Shown piece after piece: positions 37,302-39,436 of a DNA stretch of 39,436 nt. The stretch is from Sphaeroforma arctica JP610. Taxonomy: Eukaryota. Every line of letters starts with the position of its first letter. Within the stretch, counting starts at the first letter, position 1. The position numbers and the translations under genes were made by a program. The notes below the pieces were generated by a model, which saw only the letters and a list, made by a program, of their open reading frames with translations, was not told the DNA's origin and did no database searches. The DNA lies in the NCBI RefSeq assembly GCF_001186125.1, contig NW_014040467.1:37877-77312 (forward strand), read 5' to 3'.

Positions 37302-37342
<41 letters not shown>

Positions 37343-37779
37343 NNNNNNNNNNNNNNNNNNNNNNNNNNNNNNNNNNNNNNNNNNNNNNNNNNNNNNNNNN
37401 NNNNNNNNNNNNNNNNNNNNNNNNNNNNNNNNNNNNNNNNNNNNNNNNNNNNNNNNNNNNNNNNNNNNNNNNNNNNNNNNNNNNNNNNNNNNNNNNNNNN
37501 NNNNNNNNNNNNNNNNNNNNNNNNNNNNNNNNNNNNNNNNNNNNNNNNNNNNNNNNNNNNNNNNNNNNNNNNNNNNNNNNNNNNNNNNNNNNNNNNNNNN
37601 NNNNNNNNNNNNNNNNNNNNNNNNNNNNNNNNNNNNNNNNNNNNNNNNNNNNNNNNNNNNNNNNNNNNNNNNNNNNNNNNNNNNNNNNNNNNNNNNNNNN
37701 NNNNNNNNNNNNNNNNNNNNNNNNNNNNNNNNNNNNNNNNNNNNNNNNNNNNNNNNNNNNNNNNNNNNNNNNNNNNNNN

Positions 37780-37823
<44 letters not shown>
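37302..37823. repeat. (CA)n microsatellite flanking an assembly gap
   Basis: CA repeats on both sides of the N run at 37343-37779. Confidence 0.95.
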
Positions 37824-37825
<2 letters not shown>

Positions 37826-39300
37826 GACTTGGTGTACTGTGTATGAGATAAGCGTGGTGTGATGTCCTCGTGAGCATACTTGAGATGGGCACGCTTTCCG
37901 TGACTCCGTCACAGCGCCTTATATGTTCCGTCTGCCACACCAATAGGGTTACGCATGTTCCGTCGTCTACGTAATAGTGTCTCAACTGTACCGCCTTCTG
38001 TGTAACACGTCGCATATGTTCCTCATTTCCTGTGTTACATATGCCGTTTTAAAGTTGTGCTAAAATCACTGGTCGCAATGTCAATTTTCTTGTGCTAAAT
38101 TTAGCGGAATAACCCATTCTAGTCGATTGCCATATATATTATTTACCATATTTGCTGTTCTGTTTGTTTCGCATGTGTGCAATGGAAAAACGTTTTGTAA
38201 AAATTGTCTCACCCAATGCGTATACTTGCACTTCTATACATCAGAGTATGGTGTCGGAATGTACGTTCTAACGTTTAACTATAATAGATTATAAACGACT
38301 ATACCTCATATCAGTGTGTCGGAGTGTACGTTTTAACGTTTATACGTATATTAGAATATGACCGTTTTATAGAATTTATATTATACTATAGTGCCCTGTG
38401 TCGAATGTATGCTTACATACATTTCTTTAGTTCTTTAGTTCCTAATCATGCGTGCCCTATGTGCACAATCCTGCCGACGAGTGTACGTAGATAGATCTCC
38501 GCTATATGGCCAGAAAATTACAACCTTGTGAATACTAATGTATATTAGTCTCCGTATTGTTATAGTTTGTAACTATTTAATGTCTATCCGTAACAAAAAA
38601 AAATGCATCATCTGTATGCATAGTTTCGAGAATATACAGTCGATTGATTAGATATGTTATATTATTTTAAATTGGAAAATATCCGGCCGACAAGTTGGAT
38701 TGGTCGGACTGTTGTTGTTTATATTGTATTATCTCGGTTTCTTAATTATCTCTTGTGATATTGCCATTCGTTATATACGATTTGAGTTGATGATTTGAAT
38801 GTTAATTTGTACTCTTCAGTTTTACCCTGTGATTACTAGTATTATATACTGTAGTATTATATATTATAATTATGAAGCTATGTATACATGGTGTAATGTG
38901 TATATTTCATTGTAAGTCCTTTTATATGTATATGTCGAATTTACCATAAGTGATTGTTTAATCACGTAATTGTATGTGATAAATGTTAACATGCTTGATG
39001 ATAATTATCATCGTGTATGTTAATGTATTAGTGTGTACAATATCATGAATATGTCTGTATCTCCGTATATATATATCTATATATTATTGTTGTATCGGAA
39101 GAATTAAGCGTGTATGTGTGTTTACGTGATAGTGCCCGATCAAATGTTAACGTGATTGCACGTGACGTGTTATTTTTTGTATTATGGTACTATGTATATC
39201 ATATTATAATACTGTTATATTTGGTATATTTGCCTATACTTATATATTATAATTGTTATATGTATGCATATATATAATTGAATGTTTATAATATATATTG

Positions 39301-39366
39301 ATTGAGTATAAATGTCATTGTTGTAACTATAAATTGAGTATAAATGTCATTGTAACTTTAAATTTG
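39301..39366. repeat. ~32-bp tandem repeat in an AT-rich non-coding tract
   Basis: attgagtataaatgtcattgt...aact occurs twice. Confidence 0.8.
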
Positions 39367-39436
39367 TTAAGATTTGACTATACCCGTAATATAATGTCAT
39401 GTGTGTACTTGATATCCCATATATTCTATAGACATA

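Noticed and set aside
37249..38015. Long ORFs reading CVCV/HTHT
   Set aside because: Artefacts of (CA)n plus the N gap.
38600..39436. Very AT-rich, TpA-rich tail with a few ACGTG motifs (RIP-like decay or regulatory cluster)
   Set aside because: No recognisable parent element or linked gene in the window, so it cannot be supported.

Overview
Intron-rich eukaryotic nuclear DNA with GT-AG introns, scaffold gaps and (CA)n tracts. The style is reminiscent of a unicellular holozoan such as an ichthyosporean, but that is inference only. Manual splicing explains most short ORFs as exons of four multi-exon genes. (1) A very large coiled-coil/disordered protein whose C-terminus resembles ICE1 (little elongation complex; + strand, 5' end outside the window to 6993). 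(2) A helical protein resembling plant CLoG1/At3g12590 (- strand, 9188-18552). (3) N6AMT1/HEMK2 (- strand, 18958-21268). (4) THOC3/TEX1 (+ strand, divergent from N6AMT1), with an odd His/Ser-rich N-terminal ORF. Two intronless genes encode a secreted double PAN/Apple-like protein and a GT-A glycosyltransferase (DUF273/GT34-like). From about 31.5 to 36.3 kb lies a decayed Ty1/copia element interrupted by a Ty3/gypsy integrase fragment with its own PPT and 139-bp LTR. The most notable leads are the CLoG1-like and ICE1-like genes. Both family calls rest on motif recall rather than a database search. No prokaryote-type system such as CRISPR or an operon is supported.
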